Below, in pieces: positions 43,311 through 53,025 of a stretch of DNA of 64,000 nt. The stretch is from an uncultured Phascolarctobacterium sp. (GTDB lineage Bacteria; Bacillota; Negativicutes; Acidaminococcales; Acidaminococcaceae). Each line of letters opens with the position of its first letter. Position 1 is the first letter of the stretch. The stretch is taken from assembly GCA_964641395.1 (NCBI GenBank), contig CAZXKQ010000007.1:7815-71814 (forward strand). Direction: 5' to 3'. The translations under genes and the position numbers were made by a program. A model generated the notes under the pieces. The model saw only the letters and a program-made list of their open reading frames with translations. It ran no database searches and was not told the origin of the DNA.

Positions 43311-43772
43311 CTAGCGGCCTGCTGTCGGGCCGGGGAAGACTTCCACCTCTATCCCCGAGGACGCCAGCATGGCCTCTGCCAGCTTGTCCGGGTAGGGGTT
43401 GGCGTAGACGATGCGGCTGATGCCGGCGTTGAGCAGGATCTTGGTGCAGACTACGCAGGGCTGGTGGGTGCAGTAGAGGGTGCCTCCCTGGACCGATACC
43501 CCGTGATAGGCCGCCTGCACCACTGCGTTCTGCTCCGCATGGATGCCCCGGCACAGCTCGTGGTTCTGGCCGCTAGGAACCTGCAGCTGCTCCCGCAGGC
43601 AGCCGGTCTCCTCGCAGTGGGCCATGTTCACCGGGCTGCCGTTGTAGCCGGTGGCCACGATCTGCCGGTTCTTCACGATGAGGGCCCCCACCTGGCGGCG
43701 CAGGCAGGTGGACCGCTTGCTCACCACGGCGGCGATTTCCATAAAGTACTGATCCCAATCCGGCCTCTTCAT
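43311..43772 (-). CDS. comEB: dCMP deaminase (ComEB family)
   Basis: 153 aa; HAEQNA and PCVVCTK zinc motifs. Confidence 0.9.
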   Translation of the reverse strand: MKRPDWDQYFMEIAAVVSKRSTCLRRQVGALIVKNRQIVATGYNGSPVNMAHCEETGCLREQLQVPSGQNHELCRGIHAEQNAVVQAAYHGVSVQGGTLYCTHQPCVVCTKILLNAGISRIVYANPYPDKLAEAMLASSGIEVEVFPGPTAGR

Positions 43773-43832
43773 AGCCGCCTCCTTTCCCTAGCTCCTCGCT
43801 GCCTAGGCCTGCTGCCTGCCAGAACCCTCAGG

Positions 43833-45083
43833 CTACAGCCCTGGGTAGAGGGGGAAGGCCTGGCAGAGGGCTGCCACCCGGGCGGCCGCCTCCTCCTGGG
43901 CTGCCGCCGACTGGGGCTGGTGCAGCACCAGGCTGATGATGGCGCCGATCTCCCGGAACTCAGCGGTGCCGAAGCCCCTGGTGGTGCCAGGAGGAGTGCC
44001 TAGGCGGATGCCGCTGGTGATGAAGGGGGAGGCAGGGTCAAAGGGGATGGTGTTCTTGTTGCAGGTGATGCCCACCTCGTCCAGCAGGTGCTCTGCCTCC
44101 TTGCCGGTCAGGCCCACGCTGCGGGTGTCCACCAAGAGCAGGTGGTTGTCGGTGCCGCCGCTGACCAGCCGCAGCCCCTCCTGCTGGAGGCTGGCGGCCA
44201 GGGCCTGGGCGTTGGCTACGATCTGCCGGGCATAGGCCTTGAACTCAGGCTGCAGGGCCTCCCCTAGGGCCACCGCCTTGGCGGCGATGATGTGCATCAA
44301 GGGGCCTCCCTGCACCCCGGGGAAGATGGCCTTGTCCACCGCCTTGGCCAGTTCCGGATCGTTGGTCAGGATCAGGCCGCCCCTAGGCCCCCGCAGGGTC
44401 TTGTGGGTGGTGGTGGTCACTACGTCCGCATAGGGCAGGGGGGAGGGATGGAGCCCGGCTGCCACCAGGCCGGCGATGTGGGCCATGTCTACCAGGAGCT
44501 TGGCCCCTACCCCGTGGGCGATCTCCGCCAAGCGTTGAAAGTCGATGAGGCGGGGATAGGCGCTGGCCCCGGCTATCACCAGTTGGGGCCGGTTCTCCAC
44601 CGCCAGCCGCTCCACCTCTTGGTAGTCGATGGTTTCCGTGTCCCTGGCCACCCCGTAGGGCACGATGCGCCAGTACTTGCCGCTGATGTTCACCGGGGAG
44701 CCGTGGCTCAGGTGGCCCCCCTGGGAGAGGTTCATGCCCATGATGGTGTCCCCCGGCTTGGTGAGGGCGAAGAAGACGGCCAGGTTGGTGCTGGCGCCGC
44801 TGTGGGCCTGGACGTTGGCGTACTGGCAGTGGAACAGCTCCTTAGCCCGCTCCCGGGCCAGATTCTCTAGCTTGTCTACGTGCTCGCAGCCGCCGTAGTA
44901 GCGGTGGCCTGGGTAGCCCTCCGCATACTTATTGGTGAGGACGGTGCCCATGGCCTCCATCACTGCGGGAGAGACGAAGTTCTCCGATGCGATAAGTTCG
45001 ATCTTATGCCGCTGCCGCTCTAGTTCCATGCGGATTATGGCGGCTACCTGGGGGTCGGCGACCCCTAGAGGTGCTAAGTTCAT
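43833..45083 (-). CDS. glyA: Serine hydroxymethyltransferase
   Basis: 416 aa; [18 protein letters not shown]-lysine block. Confidence 0.97.
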   Translation of the reverse strand: MNLAPLGVADPQVAAIIRMELERQRHKIELIASENFVSPAVMEAMGTVLTNKYAEGYPGHRYYGGCEHVDKLENLARERAKELFHCQYANVQAHSGASTNLAVFFALTKPGDTIMGMNLSQGGHLSHGSPVNISGKYWRIVPYGVARDTETIDYQEVERLAVENRPQLVIAGASAYPRLIDFQRLAEIAHGVGAKLLVDMAHIAGLVAAGLHPSPLPYADVVTTTTHKTLRGPRGGLILTNDPELAKAVDKAIFPGVQGGPLMHIIAAKAVALGEALQPEFKAYARQIVANAQALAASLQQEGLRLVSGGTDNHLLLVDTRSVGLTGKEAEHLLDEVGITCNKNTIPFDPASPFITSGIRLGTPPGTTRGFGTAEFREIGAIISLVLHQPQSAAAQEEAAARVAALCQAFPLYPGL

Positions 45084-45123
45084 CTGCCTGCCTCCTTCTT
45101 GTGCTACATACGGCCCTCAGCGG

Positions 45124-45693
45124 CTAGCGGAGCTGCCGGGGGTACTGGGCCCGCTCCCCGCCGATGAGGGGCGGCCGGGTACGGGCGGCGGTCAGCACCG
45201 CTGCCCCTATCTTCTTCCTGCTCAGCCGTACCGGCACGGCCACCGGCTTCAGGTGCATGCCGATAAGGGTCTGGCCTATGTCCAGCCCAAGGTGGGCCTG
45301 GAGCCTGGCCACTACCAGGGGCTCCGCCAAGGCCTCATAGGCGGCGGTGGCTAGGCTGCCGCCGGCGTGGACCACCGGCCGCACCGTCACCTCTTCCAGG
45401 AAGTAGCGCTCTGCCGCCTCCCGGCTGAGGACCAGGGCCCGGTTCAGATGCTCGCAGCACTGGGCCGCTAGGTAGAGCTGGTGCTTGGCGGCCACAGCCT
45501 GCAGGGCCTCCCACAGGGCCTCTGCCAGCTCCTTGCTCCCCTGGCTGCCTATGGTACAGCCTAGGATTTCGCTGGTGCTGCAGCCTATGACCAGGATGCT
45601 GCCTGGCCGGGGCTGGGCCAGGGCGATGAGCTCTTCTGCCGCCTGGGCGGCTTCCCGGGCTAGGTCTAGGTAGAGATCCTCCGGCATCAACAT
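45124..45693 (-). CDS. TIGR01440/UPF0340 (YwlG) family protein
   Basis: 189 aa; ILVIGCSTSEI and AAQCCEHLNRALV blocks. Conserved position next to rpiB and glyA. Confidence 0.85.
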   Translation of the reverse strand: MLMPEDLYLDLAREAAQAAEELIALAQPRPGSILVIGCSTSEILGCTIGSQGSKELAEALWEALQAVAAKHQLYLAAQCCEHLNRALVLSREAAERYFLEEVTVRPVVHAGGSLATAAYEALAEPLVVARLQAHLGLDIGQTLIGMHLKPVAVPVRLSRKKIGAAVLTAARTRPPLIGGERAQYPRQLR

Positions 45694-45706
45694 GGCTGCC
45701 TCCTTC

Positions 45707-46162
45707 TCACTGCCCTTCCAGGGCCATCACCTGGGCCACCCGCCGGGCGTGGCGGCCGCCGGCGAAGGAGGTGTGGAGGAAGGTGTGGCAGATCAGTTCC
45801 GCCAAACCCGGCCCCAGCACCCTGGCTCCTAGGCAGAGTACGTTAGCGTCGTTGTGTTCCCGGCTCATCTGGGCGGAATAGACGTCGCCGCAGAGGGCGG
45901 CCCGGATGCCCCTGCACTTGTTGGCGGCGATGGACATCCCTATACCGGTACCGCAGATAAGTATGCCCCGCCGGCAGCCGCCGTCGGCCGCCGTCAGCTC
46001 CTGGCATAACCTTGCTGCGATAGCGGGATAGTCGCAACTGGCCTCGCTGTAGGTGCCCAGGTCCAGCACCTGGTAGCCCTGTTCCGTCAGATAGGCCTTT
46101 AAGTGTTCTTTCAACGGAAACCCGCCGTGGTCGCTGGCCAAGGCCAGCCCTTCTTTAGCCAT
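45707..46162 (-). CDS. rpiB: Ribose-5-phosphate isomerase B
   Basis: 151 aa; ILICGTGIGMSIAANK motif. Confidence 0.93.
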   Translation of the reverse strand: MAKEGLALASDHGGFPLKEHLKAYLTEQGYQVLDLGTYSEASCDYPAIAARLCQELTAADGGCRRGILICGTGIGMSIAANKCRGIRAALCGDVYSAQMSREHNDANVLCLGARVLGPGLAELICHTFLHTSFAGGRHARRVAQVMALEGQ

Positions 46163-46277
46163 AGGGCAACCTTCCCTTCTGCAGCCCCTGCCCCAGCCGC
46201 AGGGCGGGCCCTAGAGGCTGAGGAGGCTACACCCCTATTGTAGCACAAGCGGGGGCGGGCGTATAGCAAATCTTCAC

Positions 46278-47384
46278 TTAAACCAACCACCTAGGCCTGA
46301 TTTTCCCCTCCGGCAACACCAGCCGGCCGGCCTCCAGGCGCAGGCTGTTGTAGCCGGCGGCCTTCCGCAGCCGGTTCATAATGGCCAGGCCCAGGCCTGC
46401 CTCATCCACCCCTGCCGCCAGGATCACCTCAGCCCCTCGGCGGTCAAAGTTCCGCAGGAGGGAGAAGAGGCCTGCGGCCAGCCCTGCCTTGTCCCGGCCC
46501 CAGGAGCAGAGCACCAGTCCGGAGCGGCTGCCTAGGGCAGAGCCTGTCTGGGCGATCAGCCTTTCGTCTGCCAGCACCCCCACCTGCAGCCCGGCCTGGA
46601 GGGCCTGGGCGGCCAGCTGGGGCAGGCAGTTCACTGCCTCCCCCTCTAGCAGGTAGAGGGGGGCCTGGGGGGCGTAGTGGCGGTACTTCATCCCCGGAGC
46701 CTTAGGCCGGAGGGCTTCCTGCCCCCGGAGGGCCGGGTCTAGCTCCACCGCTCCCAGGGCCTCCTCCAACATCTCGTAGGTGATGCCTCCCGGCCGCAGG
46801 ATGCAGGGCACCGGGCTGGTGGTGTCCACCACCGTAGACTCCAGGCCGATGCCGCAGGGGCCCCCCTCCAGGACGCAGGCGATCTTCCCCGCCATATCCT
46901 CCAGCACGTCCCGCCCGGTAGTGGGGCTGGGCCGGCCGCTGATATTGGCGGAGGGGGCGGCGATGGGCCGGCCGCTGGCCTGGATCAGGGCCTGGGCGTA
47001 GCTATTGGCCGGGTAGCGCACTGCCACCGTAGGCAGGCCGGCGCTGACCCGGTCCGGCACCAGGGCCGACTTAGGCACCACCAGGGTGAGGGGGCCGGGC
47101 CAGAAGCGGCGGGCCAGCTCCCTGGCGTTGGCGTTGAGACCCCGGCTGAGGGGCTCCAGGTCCTGTCTGCAGGCGATGTGGAGGATGAGGGGGTTGTCGC
47201 TAGGCCGGCCCTTGGCGGCGTAGATCCTCTCCACTGCCGCCTCGTCCAGCCCGTCCGCCCCCAGGCCGTACACCGTCTCCGTAGGAAAGGCCACCACCTG
47301 GCCCTGGCGGATGAAGGCCGCCGCCCGGGCGATGATGGGGCCGTTGTCCCCCGTCTCACTTAGTCGCCAATAGTAAGTCTGCAT
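46278..47384 (-). CDS. tsaC: L-threonylcarbamoyladenylate synthase (Sua5/YwlC long form)
   Basis: 368 aa. YrdC domain (FPTETVYGLGA, KGRPSDNPLILH) plus a C-terminal Sua5 domain. Confidence 0.92.
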   Translation of the reverse strand: MQTYYWRLSETGDNGPIIARAAAFIRQGQVVAFPTETVYGLGADGLDEAAVERIYAAKGRPSDNPLILHIACRQDLEPLSRGLNANARELARRFWPGPLTLVVPKSALVPDRVSAGLPTVAVRYPANSYAQALIQASGRPIAAPSANISGRPSPTTGRDVLEDMAGKIACVLEGGPCGIGLESTVVDTTSPVPCILRPGGITYEMLEEALGAVELDPALRGQEALRPKAPGMKYRHYAPQAPLYLLEGEAVNCLPQLAAQALQAGLQVGVLADERLIAQTGSALGSRSGLVLCSWGRDKAGLAAGLFSLLRNFDRRGAEVILAAGVDEAGLGLAIMNRLRKAAGYNSLRLEAGRLVLPEGKIRPRWLV

Positions 47385-48246
47385 AAGGGCTGTCCTTCCT
47401 AGCGGCCAGCACCAGCCTGTCCAGGCCGGCGTAATCCTGGCCCACTGCCACCTGGCTGAAGCCTGCGCTGCGGCAGAGGGCCGTCACTGCCGCCCCCTGT
47501 TCCGCCCCGATTTCCAAGGCCAGCAGGCCGTCAGCAGCCAGGTGCCGGGGGGCCTCCCCCAGCAGGCGGCGGTAGAAGGCCAGGCCGTCCGGGCCTCCGT
47601 CCAGGGCCAGACGGGGCTCCCGGCGCACCTCCGGCTGCAGGGCGGCCAGGTCCCCCCGTCGCACATAGGGGGGATTGGAGATGAGCACGTCGTAGCTGCG
47701 GCCGGGGGGGAGGCTGGCGTAAAGATCGCTGACTACGAAGCCGCAGCGGCCCTTCACTCCCAAACGGACCGCATTGTCCCTGGCCACCGCCAAGGCGGCG
47801 GGGGAGATGTCGCTGCCTATGCCCAGGGCCTGGGGCAGCAGGGTGAGGAGGGAGATGAGGATGGCGCCGCTGCCGGTGCCCAGGTCCAGCAGCTTGGCCG
47901 TCGCCGGCCCGGCTGCCTGCACCAGCCCAGCCACCCGCTCCACCAGCAGTTCCGTCTCCGGCCGCGGCACCAGGCAGGCAGGGGTGACGGTAAAGTCCAG
48001 GCCCATGAACTCCTTGTGGCCGGTGATGTAGGCCACTGGGTAGCGGGCCCCCCGCTGGGCCACGTATTTCCGATAGGCGTCCACCTCCCCCTGGCTGAGG
48101 GGCCGCTCAAAGTCTACGTAGAGCCTGACCCTGTCACAGCCTAAAACGGCGCACAGCAGCACCTCTGCCTCCAGCCGGGGGTTATCCAGCCCCTTGGCGG
48201 CAAAGTAGCCCTGGCTCTGCTTGAGGATGCCCAAGATGGTCCACAT
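47356..48246 (-). CDS. prmC: Release factor glutamine N5-methyltransferase
   Basis: Start MWTILGILKQSQGYF lies 5 nt after the prfA stop. DLGTGSGAI SAM motif and the NPPY motif (ISNPPYV). The track ORF 47356..48558 carries a 104-codon false extension overlapping prfA. Confidence 0.92.
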   Translation of the reverse strand: MWTILGILKQSQGYFAAKGLDNPRLEAEVLLCAVLGCDRVRLYVDFERPLSQGEVDAYRKYVAQRGARYPVAYITGHKEFMGLDFTVTPACLVPRPETELLVERVAGLVQAAGPATAKLLDLGTGSGAILISLLTLLPQALGIGSDISPAALAVARDNAVRLGVKGRCGFVVSDLYASLPPGRSYDVLISNPPYVRRGDLAALQPEVRREPRLALDGGPDGLAFYRRLLGEAPRHLAADGLLALEIGAEQGAAVTALCRSAGFSQVAVGQDYAGLDRLVLAARKDSPYADLLLATK

Positions 48247-48251
48247 GGCTC

Positions 48252-49322
48252 CTACTTCATCTCTTGTAACAACTGGCTCTGCTTGGCGGCGATGAGGCTG
48301 TCGGTGAGCTGGTCTAGGTCTCCGTTCAGGACTGCCTCCAGTTTGTACAGGGTGAGGCCGATACGGTGGTCCGTCACCCGGCCCTGGGGGTAGTTGTAGG
48401 TGCGGATCCGCTCGCTGCGGTCGCCGCTGCCTACCTGGCTGCGCCTGTCCTGGGCGGTGGCGCTGCGCTGTTCTTCCTGCCGGGCCTCCAGGATCCGGGC
48501 CCGTAGCACCCGCAGGCACTTCTCCCTGTTCTTCAACTGGGACTTTTCGTCCTGGCACTGGGCCACGATGCCGGTAGGCAGGTGGGTGATCCGCACTGCC
48601 GACTCCGTCTTGTTGACGTACTGGCCGCCGGCCCCGCCCGCCCGATAGGTGTCGATCCGCAGGTCCTGGGGGTTGAGCTCCACCTCCACCTCCTCCGCCT
48701 CTGGCAGCACTGCCACAGTGCAGGTGGAAGTGTGGATCCGGCCCTGGGACTCGGTCTCCGGCACCCGCTGCACCCGGTGGACGCCGCTTTCAAACTTCAG
48801 CCGGCTGTACACCGCCTGGCCGTTGACCTGGAAGACCACCTCTTTGAAGCCCCCTAGCTCGGTGGGGCTCATGTCCAGCACCTCGGTGCGCCAGCCGTGG
48901 GCCTCCGCATAATAGCCGTACATGCGGAAGAGGACGCCGGCAAAGAGGGCCGCCTCCTCCCCGCCGGCCCCGGCACGGATCTCTACAATGACGTTCTTCT
49001 CATCGTTAGGATCCTCCGGCAGCAGCAGGATGGTCAGCTGCCGCTCCAAGTCCTCCAGGGCCGGCCGCAGCTCCTTCAGCTCCTCCTTGGCCATGGCCGT
49101 CAGTTCTTCATCCTCTCCGGCAGCCACCAGTTCCTGGGCCTCCTGCTGCCGGGCCGTCAGCTGGCGGTAGCGGCGGTAGGCGCTCACCACCGGCTCCAGC
49201 TTGGCATGGGCCTTCATCCGCCGCTGCCACTCCTCCTGCCGGGCTATCACCTCAGGGTCGCTGAGGCCTGCCTCTAGGTCCAGGTAGCGCTCCTCCAAGG
49301 CCTGTAGTTTGTCTAACATCAT
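48252..49322 (-). CDS. prfA: Peptide chain release factor 1
   Basis: 356 aa; PET tripeptide anticodon-like motif ([12 protein letters not shown]) and GGQ motif ([11 protein letters not shown]). Confidence 0.97.
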   Translation of the reverse strand: MMLDKLQALEERYLDLEAGLSDPEVIARQEEWQRRMKAHAKLEPVVSAYRRYRQLTARQQEAQELVAAGEDEELTAMAKEELKELRPALEDLERQLTILLLPEDPNDEKNVIVEIRAGAGGEEAALFAGVLFRMYGYYAEAHGWRTEVLDMSPTELGGFKEVVFQVNGQAVYSRLKFESGVHRVQRVPETESQGRIHTSTCTVAVLPEAEEVEVELNPQDLRIDTYRAGGAGGQYVNKTESAVRITHLPTGIVAQCQDEKSQLKNREKCLRVLRARILEARQEEQRSATAQDRRSQVGSGDRSERIRTYNYPQGRVTDHRIGLTLYKLEAVLNGDLDQLTDSLIAAKQSQLLQEMK

Positions 49323-49371
49323 AGCTTTTAGTTCTCTACTTTCTAGTTACATCCGGCCGGCAGCCCCCTGC

Positions 49372-50304
49372 TCAGGCGGGATCGGCCTGGCCTGACCCTG
49401 CATCTGGAGCCTGGGCAGCCGGGCCTTCCTCCTCCGGCAGCACCGCCTGCAGGGCGGCCAGGGCCACCTCCAGCTGGCTGTCGTCAGGCTGCCTGGTGGT
49501 GAGCTTCTGCAGCAGCAGGCCGGGCAGGATGGCGTAGTGGACCAGGGGGTTGGCGGCGTGGCGGCCGGCGAAGCGGATCAGCTCGTAGCTCAGACCGGCT
49601 ATGAGGGGCATCAGCAGCACCCGGGAGAGGATGCGCAGCAGCAGGCTGGGCCAGCCTAGGAAGGCGAAGCTGAAGATGCTGATCAGCATCACGATCATCA
49701 AGAAGTTGGTGCCGCAACGGGGATGGAGGGTGGTGAAGGGACGGGCGCTGGCCGGGGTGAGGGGCAGGCCGGCCTCGTAGGCGTAGATGCTCTTGTGCTC
49801 CGCCCCGTGGTACTGGAAGACCCGCCTGATGTCCCCCATGCTGCTGATGCCGACTATGTAGGCCAGGAAGATCAGCAGCCGCAGGCAGCCCTCCGCCAGG
49901 TTGAGCAGCAGGGGCTCCTCCGTCAGGCTGTGGAGGAAGCGCATGGACCAGGTGGGGATGACGATGAAGAGGCCCACAGCCAGGGCCACCGCGGCGGCGA
50001 TGGTCAGGGCCACCGCCTTATCGTCCATCTCCTCCCCCTCCTCCCCTGCCAGCTTGGCAGAGTGGGCCAGGGCCTTCATCCCGTCCGCCAGGGACTCGAA
50101 CAGGGTCACCACCCCTCGCAGCAGGGGCAGGGCCAGCACAGGGTAGCGCTCCTTCAGGCTGGTGCTGGGCCGCACGTCCAGGCTGATGCTGCCGTCAGGC
50201 AGGCGGCAGGCCACTGCCAGCTTCCGGGGCCCCCGCATCATGACTCCCTCTATCACCGCTTGCCCGCCTACGGTATAGGCGGGGCAGGTCTTCCTCTCCT
50301 TCAT
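49372..50304 (-). CDS. DUF1385 (YqhQ-like) membrane protein
   Basis: 310 aa; GGQAVIEGVMMRG N-terminus and YHGAEHK block. Conserved neighbour of prfA and rpmE. Confidence 0.85.
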   Translation of the reverse strand: MKERKTCPAYTVGGQAVIEGVMMRGPRKLAVACRLPDGSISLDVRPSTSLKERYPVLALPLLRGVVTLFESLADGMKALAHSAKLAGEEGEEMDDKAVALTIAAAVALAVGLFIVIPTWSMRFLHSLTEEPLLLNLAEGCLRLLIFLAYIVGISSMGDIRRVFQYHGAEHKSIYAYEAGLPLTPASARPFTTLHPRCGTNFLMIVMLISIFSFAFLGWPSLLLRILSRVLLMPLIAGLSYELIRFAGRHAANPLVHYAILPGLLLQKLTTRQPDDSQLEVALAALQAVLPEEEGPAAQAPDAGSGQADPA

Positions 50305-50377
50305 CTCTGTCTCCCTAAAAACCGGGGAATATAAATACAGCAGAGCCCCGCAAGAAGCTCTGCTAGGTATTTACTTT

Positions 50378-50578
50378 TTAGTCTTTGCTGTAGCGTTTGT
50401 TGAACTTCTCTATACGGCCTCTGGCAGCTACGCTCCTCTGTTGGCCGGTGAAGAAGGGGTGGCACTTGGAGCACACATCCACTCTGATCTCCCCCTTGGT
50501 GCTGCCGGTCATAAAGGTGTTGCCGCAGGCGCAGGTGGCCTTGACAACCTGGTACTTAGGATGGATCTTTTCTTTCAT
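50378..50578 (-). CDS. rpmE: 50S ribosomal protein L31 (type A, CxxC zinc form)
   Basis: 66 aa; MKEKIHPKY...CACG...[10 protein letters not shown]. Confidence 0.95.
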   Translation of the reverse strand: MKEKIHPKYQVVKATCACGNTFMTGSTKGEIRVDVCSKCHPFFTGQQRSVAARGRIEKFNKRYSKD

Positions 50579-50665
50579 AACTGTAACACCTCTTTTCCTC
50601 TCTAGGATGGCTGACCTCCTATGCTATCGCCGGCCCAGGGCCGGCTCCTTAATTGGCGCTTAAAT

Positions 50666-50695
50666 AGTATACCACAGCCCGGCTGGGAAAGGCAA
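50666..50695 (-). promoter_or_regulatory. Sigma-A promoter for rpmE (TTGCCT-18 nt-TATACT)
   Basis: Minus strand TTCCTTGCCTTTCCCAGCCGGGCTGTGGTATACTATTT, followed by a GCCGGCC-ctg-GGCCGGC hairpin in the 5' UTR. Confidence 0.5.
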
Positions 50696-50715
50696 GGAAA
50701 ATTTCTGACGGAGCC

Positions 50716-51651
50716 TCAGTCCTGCTTCAAAGGCTGGTTGAACACCGCCGGATCCCCGCCGCCGTAGTCCAGCTCCTGGTTCTTGATGCTGATGCGGGAG
50801 TTGGGCTTGACGCTGAAGGTGATGAAGGCGTTGGAGCCGATGACCGAATCGTGGCCTATAGTGGTCCCTCCCCCTAGGATGGAGGCGCCGGAATAGATGG
50901 TGACCCTGTCCTCGATGGTAGGGTGGCGCTGCTTGCCCCGCAGCAGCTGGCCGGCCCTGGTAGAGAGGGCCCCCAGGGTCACCCCCTGGTAGATCTTCAC
51001 ATGGTGGCCGATGTGGGTGGTCTCCCCCACCACGATGCCGGTGCCGTGGTCGATGAAGAAGTACTTGCCGATGCTGGCCCCAGGGTGGATGTCGATGCCG
51101 GTGAGGGTGTGGGCGTACTCCGTCATGATGCGGGGGATGAGGGGCACCTTCAGCTCGTAGAGCTGGTGGGCCAGGCGGTAGACGGTGATGGCCAGGATGC
51201 CGGGATAGGCGAAGATGATCTCATCCTTGTTCTGGGCCGCCGGATCCCCGTCCAGGGTGGCCTGGAGGTCCGTGTCCAGATACTCCCGCACCTGGGGGAT
51301 GCGGCGGAAGAACTCCAGGGTGATCCGCTGGGCCTCCTCCTCAATGGCGGCGGCCGGCACCTGCCCGTACTTCAGCACGGTGGAGATCTGCTGGTGGAGC
51401 CGATACATCACATCCTCGATAAGGGCCGCCACATTGTTGCGGGCGTTGTAGATGTAGTAGGCCTTGTCACGGTAATAGCCCGGGTAGATGATACGCCGCA
51501 GCTTTTGCACGATGTCTTCGATGGCAAACCTGTCCACGCTGGCGTAAAAATCCAGCCGGTCTATATCCCTGTCGTTGTCGTAGTCCTTGATGATGCTGTC
51601 GGTAATAGACGCTACCGCCGCCTCTAAGGCGGCATCCTTGCTGATATCCAT
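50716..51651 (-). CDS. cysE: Serine O-acetyltransferase
   Basis: Start MDISKD follows GGGAGGTG. N-terminal SATase helical domain and hexapeptide-repeat C-terminal domain (GTGIVVGETTHIGHHVKIYQGVTLG). Confidence 0.88.
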   Translation of the reverse strand: MDISKDAALEAAVASITDSIIKDYDNDRDIDRLDFYASVDRFAIEDIVQKLRRIIYPGYYRDKAYYIYNARNNVAALIEDVMYRLHQQISTVLKYGQVPAAAIEEEAQRITLEFFRRIPQVREYLDTDLQATLDGDPAAQNKDEIIFAYPGILAITVYRLAHQLYELKVPLIPRIMTEYAHTLTGIDIHPGASIGKYFFIDHGTGIVVGETTHIGHHVKIYQGVTLGALSTRAGQLLRGKQRHPTIEDRVTIYSGASILGGGTTIGHDSVIGSNAFITFSVKPNSRISIKNQELDYGGGDPAVFNQPLKQD

Positions 51652-51697
51652 GCTTCCCACCTCCCGCTCCAGCTGCCGGCAAAGCTGATGTATACCT

Positions 51698-51726
51698 ATG
51701 TTATCACTCTCCCGTCTAAGTGTAAA
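51698..51726 (-). promoter_or_regulatory. Possible cysE promoter (TTTACA-17 nt-TAACAT)
   Basis: Minus strand GCCTTTACACTTAGACGGGAGAGTGATAACATAGG. Confidence 0.4.
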
Positions 51727-51784
51727 GGCTTTTGCCAGAGAAAAATTCACAAGAAGTTGACAAAGCCTCGTCTTCGCTTTAGCA

Positions 51785-51814
51785 TTGACTAGCCTGGCCC
51801 TTTTTCGTTATAAT
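51785..51814 (+). promoter_or_regulatory. Sigma-A promoter for the DUF362/AKR pair (TTGACT-18 nt-TATAAT)
   Basis: GCATTGACTAGCCTGGCCCTTTTTCGTTATAATAAAG. Confidence 0.5.
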
Positions 51815-51872
51815 AAAGATGAGGTTCTTTATCCACAAGCAATATCTTCCCCTAGAGAAAGGACTTGAGAAA

Positions 51873-53012
51873 ATGGCAAAGGCTAAGGTATACTTTACTG
51901 ATTTTCGCACTGCCTACATGGGCACCGGCCTGCCAGGCAAGCTGGCCAAGCTGGCCCTGAAGGCCGGCATCGACAGCATAGACATGGAGGGCAAGTTCGT
52001 AGCCATCAAGATGCACTTTGGCGAGCTAGGCAACGTAAGCTATCTGCGGCCCAACTACGCCCGGGCCATAGTGGACCTGGTTAAGTCTCTAGGGGGCAAG
52101 CCCTTCCTCACCGACTGCAACACCATGTACCCCGGCTTCCGGAAAAACGCCTTAGAGCATCTGGAATGCGCCTGGCAGAACGGCTTCACCCCTCTGACGG
52201 TGGGCTGTCCGGTGCTCATCGCCGACGGGCTGAAGGGCACCGATGACATAGCCGTACCCCTGGAAGGCTGCCAGTACACCAAGGAGGCCCGCATCGGCCG
52301 GGCCCTGATGGATGCGGACATCATCATCTCCCTCACCCACTTCAAGGGCCACGAGATGACCGGTTACGGAGGCACCATCAAGAACCTGGGCATGGGCAGC
52401 GGCTCCCGGGCCGGCAAGAAGGACCAGCACTCTAACGGCAAGCCGGTGATCGACCAGGCTAAGTGCCGGGGCTGCCGCCGCTGCCAGCGGGAGTGCGCCA
52501 ACGGGGGCCTGGTCTTCGATGCCGCCCGCCGCAAGATGCAGGTGGCCTTGGAGAACTGCGTAGGCTGCGGCCGCTGCCTAGGGGCCTGCAACTTCGACGC
52601 CATCGACTTCGCCCAGAACCAGGCCATCCCCGTCCTCAACGCCAAGATGGCGGAATACACCAAGGCCGTCTGCGCCGGCCGGCCTAACTTCCACCTCTCC
52701 CTCATCGTAGACGTGTCGCCTAACTGCGACTGCCATCCGGAGAACGACGCCCCCATCCTGCCCAACATCGGTATGTACGCCTCCTTCGACCCTGTGGCCC
52801 TGGACCAGGCCTGCGTCGACGCCTGCCTGGCCGCCACCCCCCTGCCTGGCAGCATGCTGGCAGAGCACCTGGCCCAGCCGGGCTTCGTCGACCGCCACGA
52901 TCACTTCCGCAACAGCCATCCCGACATCGAATGGGAGACCCAGCTGGCCCACGGGGAGAAGATCGGCCTAGGCACCAGGGACTACGAATTAATCAAGGTG
53001 AAGATCGTCTAG
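51873..53012 (+). CDS. DUF362 domain protein with an inserted 2x[4Fe-4S] ferredoxin module
   Basis: Start MAKAKVYFTDF. DUF362 core (ISLTHFKGHEMTGYGGTIKNLGMG) and CRGCRRCQREC...CVGCGRCLGAC cluster motifs. Confidence 0.85.
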   Translation: MAKAKVYFTDFRTAYMGTGLPGKLAKLALKAGIDSIDMEGKFVAIKMHFGELGNVSYLRPNYARAIVDLVKSLGGKPFLTDCNTMYPGFRKNALEHLECAWQNGFTPLTVGCPVLIADGLKGTDDIAVPLEGCQYTKEARIGRALMDADIIISLTHFKGHEMTGYGGTIKNLGMGSGSRAGKKDQHSNGKPVIDQAKCRGCRRCQRECANGGLVFDAARRKMQVALENCVGCGRCLGACNFDAIDFAQNQAIPVLNAKMAEYTKAVCAGRPNFHLSLIVDVSPNCDCHPENDAPILPNIGMYASFDPVALDQACVDACLAATPLPGSMLAEHLAQPGFVDRHDHFRNSHPDIEWETQLAHGEKIGLGTRDYELIKVKIV

Positions 53013-53025
53013 GAGGCGGACTACC

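Noticed and set aside
47356-48558. N-terminal extensions of track ORFs (prmC 400 aa; hutP-like 215 aa; lysR 359 aa; aroC, aroE, aroK, cysE, metG, ilvN, madL and distal madF likewise)
   Set aside because: The extensions overlap the upstream gene or intergenic signals, are Arg/Pro/Gly-rich and lack RBSs. Internal ATGs with good RBSs, stop/start overlaps and family-typical N-termini were used instead.
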